Below, in pieces: positions 60,996 to 64,000 of a stretch of DNA of 64,000 nt. The DNA comes from the human T2T-CHM13v2.0 reference genome, Homo sapiens: NCBI RefSeq assembly GCF_009914755.1, contig NC_060929.1. The stretch is one strand, 5' to 3'. The first letter of the stretch is position 1. Every line of letters begins with the position of its first letter. Below the pieces are notes generated by a model that saw nothing but the letters and a program-made list of their open reading frames with translations, was not told the DNA's origin and ran no database searches. Made by a program: the position numbers and the translations under genes.

Positions 60996-61100
60996 GGATT
61001 TGAGACCACGTAAGTCTATTTACAGTGGTGACAGAGTTATGTGAATGCCTAAAGTTTTGTTCAATTTCTCAAAATTGAGAGGCTGACCAAAAGGGAAGAT

Positions 61101-61528
61101 TGTTAAACTTTGGGTCGGTTTGGCCTAAAGCTGACTTGTTATATATTTTAAGTTTGGCTGAAAGGTTCCTCTGTACATAATGAACTATAACTTGACATGT
61201 AAACCACCTGTAACCTACCATGCAACAAGTAGCAGAGTCTCAGCGAATTACTGCGGTCAAAGTTCCATTAACCACAGTTAGTCAACTGTTCAAACTAGGT
61301 TCAAATAAGGCAATATCCAGCTGTAATCAATTCAGCTGTTTCTGTACCTCCCTTCTATTTTCTGTATGCCACTTCCCTTTCCTTGTCCATAAATTTTATC
61401 TGACCATGAGGCAGTCCTGGAGTTGCTCTGAACACCTATTATAGTTCTGGGGGCTGCCTGATTTGCAAATCATCCTCTGCTCAATTAAACTTTGTTAAAT
61501 TTTATTTGTTTAAAGTATATTTTTAACA
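61101..61528 (+). mobile_element. MER57 3' LTR
   Basis: tgttaaac...tttggcctaaagctgac...gctgtttctgtacctc...ctcaattaaactttgttaaattt...ttttaaca. Homologous to 48077-48813 minus the MER61 insert. Confidence 0.9.
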
Positions 61529-61663
61529 CTAGCTTCTCATCCAGGGAGGCCTACCTTCTTTCTCAATCCTGAGCTAAACAAGAAATAAAAACATGCTCTT
61601 AAAGTCCAAACAGACTTCTAGAGAGTTTCATTAATTAATACTGACTCATTTGGTAGAAATGTA

Positions 61664-61989
61664 CTAGTCCCCCTACCCACAATTTTGTTTTCTGCAGTTT
61701 TATTTACTCTCAGTCAACCGTGGTCCAAGAATATTATAGTACTTTGAGAAAGAATATGTAAGAGACTGTGAATACACATATTTTCATAACTTTTATTATG
61801 GTATATTGTTTTAACTGTTCTATTGTATTATTAATTACTTACTGTGCCTAATTTATAAATTAGGCTTTATCATAGTTATGTATGTATAGGAAAATACATT
61901 TATTATAAGTCAAATTCTATATGATTTGGGGTTCTGGGCATCTACTGGGAGTCTTGGAATGTATCCCCTTGGATAAGGAGGGATTACTG
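61664..61989. mobile_element. MER44A-like DNA transposon
   Basis: ctagtccccctaccc...tgtgcctaatttataaatt...gtcttggaatgtatccccttggataaggagggattactg. Confidence 0.85.
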
Positions 61990-62369
61990 TGCTACAGTGT
62001 GCACTGAATTTTTTGCAATAGTTTTCAATTTTTTGTCTATTTTCCTCTCCTCTTAACACTGTCACTCTCTTCTAAGTAGTTGAATTTGCTTATTAACAAC
62101 TGCATGTACCCTGTTTGACAGGTGGTACCTTCCTCCATTTGTATTGCACTTCTCTCTACCCAATGCTAAACCTAATCCTATTTGTACTTCGAAATTCATG
62201 TTTTCAAGAGTCACCTATATTCTTTGGACCTTCCTTATGTATTCTTAATATCTATATGTGCCTTTCTTATTTTAAGTACAAGGAGTACACAAAGCAGCAT
62301 AAGTAAACTGTGTTGAGTATAGGAGGGAGAATGGAGTACAGAGGACAAAAAGAACAAACTTAATTAGAA

Positions 62370-62530
62370 AAAGAAAGCCTGGGCTTTGTGTTTTTTATTT
62401 TTTTCCTTGAGTCTGAAACAAACTTCATGAACTTGAGGCAATTGCTTTGTGCCTGTTTTTTCATATATAAAATATAGCTGACAATGCCTGCCTTGGTCCT
62501 TCATGGAATAGCTGTTAAGAAAAATGTATG
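62370..62530 (+). mobile_element. MIR
   Basis: gaacttgaggcaattgct...gcctgtttttttcatatataaaat...aatgcctgcctt. Confidence 0.6.
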
Positions 62531-63349
62531 GATATATGGTGAAATGGGTACAAGAAGTAAAATCACTATGAAGAGTTTTAAATTACATTTTTTATGTCCA
62601 TATTAAACTTTTTTGGATATACAGTTTTACTTTAAAGTTCATACAGGTCATTTTTCAGTCAATACCTTAGAATGTAGAATGTATTTTCCCGTGAATATAA
62701 TTTTGAAATTTTGGTTCTGATAAAAGCCTGTTTAAACTGTATTAGAAATACCACATATATACACATAGCATATATGCATGCATACATATATATGTATATA
62801 ACATATTTAGGTATATAACATGATCTATATAGCAAAATGATAGAAAATATTGTTAGTAGGTACTAGAAATGGAAGTTGATAAAACAATAACCTTTATTCA
62901 AAATGATATTTCTTAAAAAAAACTGATTACTGGTACTTGAAGAAAAGTGGATGTAATTAGAGGAGTGCAAGATGTAGATACCTTTTGCAGATATTCTAAA
63001 GGAGATTTATGAACACTTAAAATCATTTTAGAAATTTAGAGCCCAAATTCTTAAGACACTGTGATTTCAGAACTTTCTTAATATAAGCGAATAATTATTA
63101 ACAATAATCTTTCTTGTTGTCTTGAAGAAAAATAGCAAAGAAGAGAGAGGGAGGTGTTTTCTAACACATTGATGAGAAGTGGAAGAAGAAAAAAAGGTTT
63201 AAAAATAATAGCTGCCACTTACTGAGGGATTAGAATGAGCCACATAAGTGATTTGCTTGTGCTCTTTACTAATACTTGTTCCATTTGCTTGCTTGCTTTT
63301 AAGGTTGACTTTTATCAAGAAATAGTATACATCTTGTTTCAAATGCAGA

Positions 63350-63675
63350 AATCATGAGTTTACCTTGTAAATTTTCAAAATTTGAACACACACACGTGGT
63401 GTGGAACAAACAACCTGATCAAGAAACAGAAAATTACAAAGAGAAGCTACTCACATGTACCCATCTCACTTCTAACCCCATGCCATGGATAAGCACTGTC
63501 CTGACTTCTGAAACTATAGGTAATTTGGGTTTATTTAAAACATTATATGAATGCCAAGATATAACATACGTTCTTTTGTGTCTTTTTGGCCATTTTGTGA
63601 TAGTTATCACTGATATTGTACATAGTTGCAATACATTCACTTTTACTGCTGTAGAAATGTAGCCTCTGATGAAAT
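63350..63675 (-). mobile_element. Old L1ME-type 3' fragment
   Basis: acctgatcaagaaacagaaaatta...ataagcactgtcctgacttct...catagttgcaatacattcacttttactgctgtag. Confidence 0.65.
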
Positions 63676-64000
63676 GTCTGTCAAGTCTTCTTTTTTATAT
63701 CTTAGCATTTGCAAAATTATGATATTGCTATTTTATAAATGTTATATTTTTAATTTTTGTGAGTACATGGTAGGTATATATATTTATGGGGTACATTAGA
63801 TATTTGTCTTTTTATTATTTTTAATGTACATTAAAATTTTACTTGATTTATAATTTTTATATATATATTCATGTGTATATATATGATCACACATACATAT
63901 ATATATATTTTTTCCCTACTCCATGGTATATATTTTCATTTTGCTTCTGGTATTATCACACTTAAGAAAGCAGAAAGTTTTCTTTATATTGGTGTTTATT

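Overview
This is AT-rich primate genomic DNA, very likely human because it carries an AluYa5. It is dominated by interspersed repeats. I found no host protein-coding exon, RNA gene or CpG island; every long ORF in the track maps to an Alu, L1, ERV or AT microsatellite. Main structures: (1) a ~13.5-kb MER57-type ERV1 provirus (48077-61528, CTAG target-site duplication, TSD) that contains a complete ~5-kb LTR10/HERV-IP10-like provirus (50874-55878, TTAA TSD), a MER61 solo LTR, three Alus and an extra polypurine tract (PPT) plus foreign U3; (2) two young L1PA2-like insertions, one with a twin-priming inversion; (3) two betaretrovirus-like solo LTRs (LTR22C-like, MER9a-like); (4) a ~1.65-kb AT-rich compound tandem array; (5) a ~200-bp inverted copy of local L2 sequence with patchwork junctions suggesting a templated repair insertion. 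I see no evidence for a new biological system; the notable signals are mutational, repair and retroelement footprints. Subfamily names come from recalled consensus sequences and identities are hand counts, so both need RepeatMasker/Dfam confirmation.
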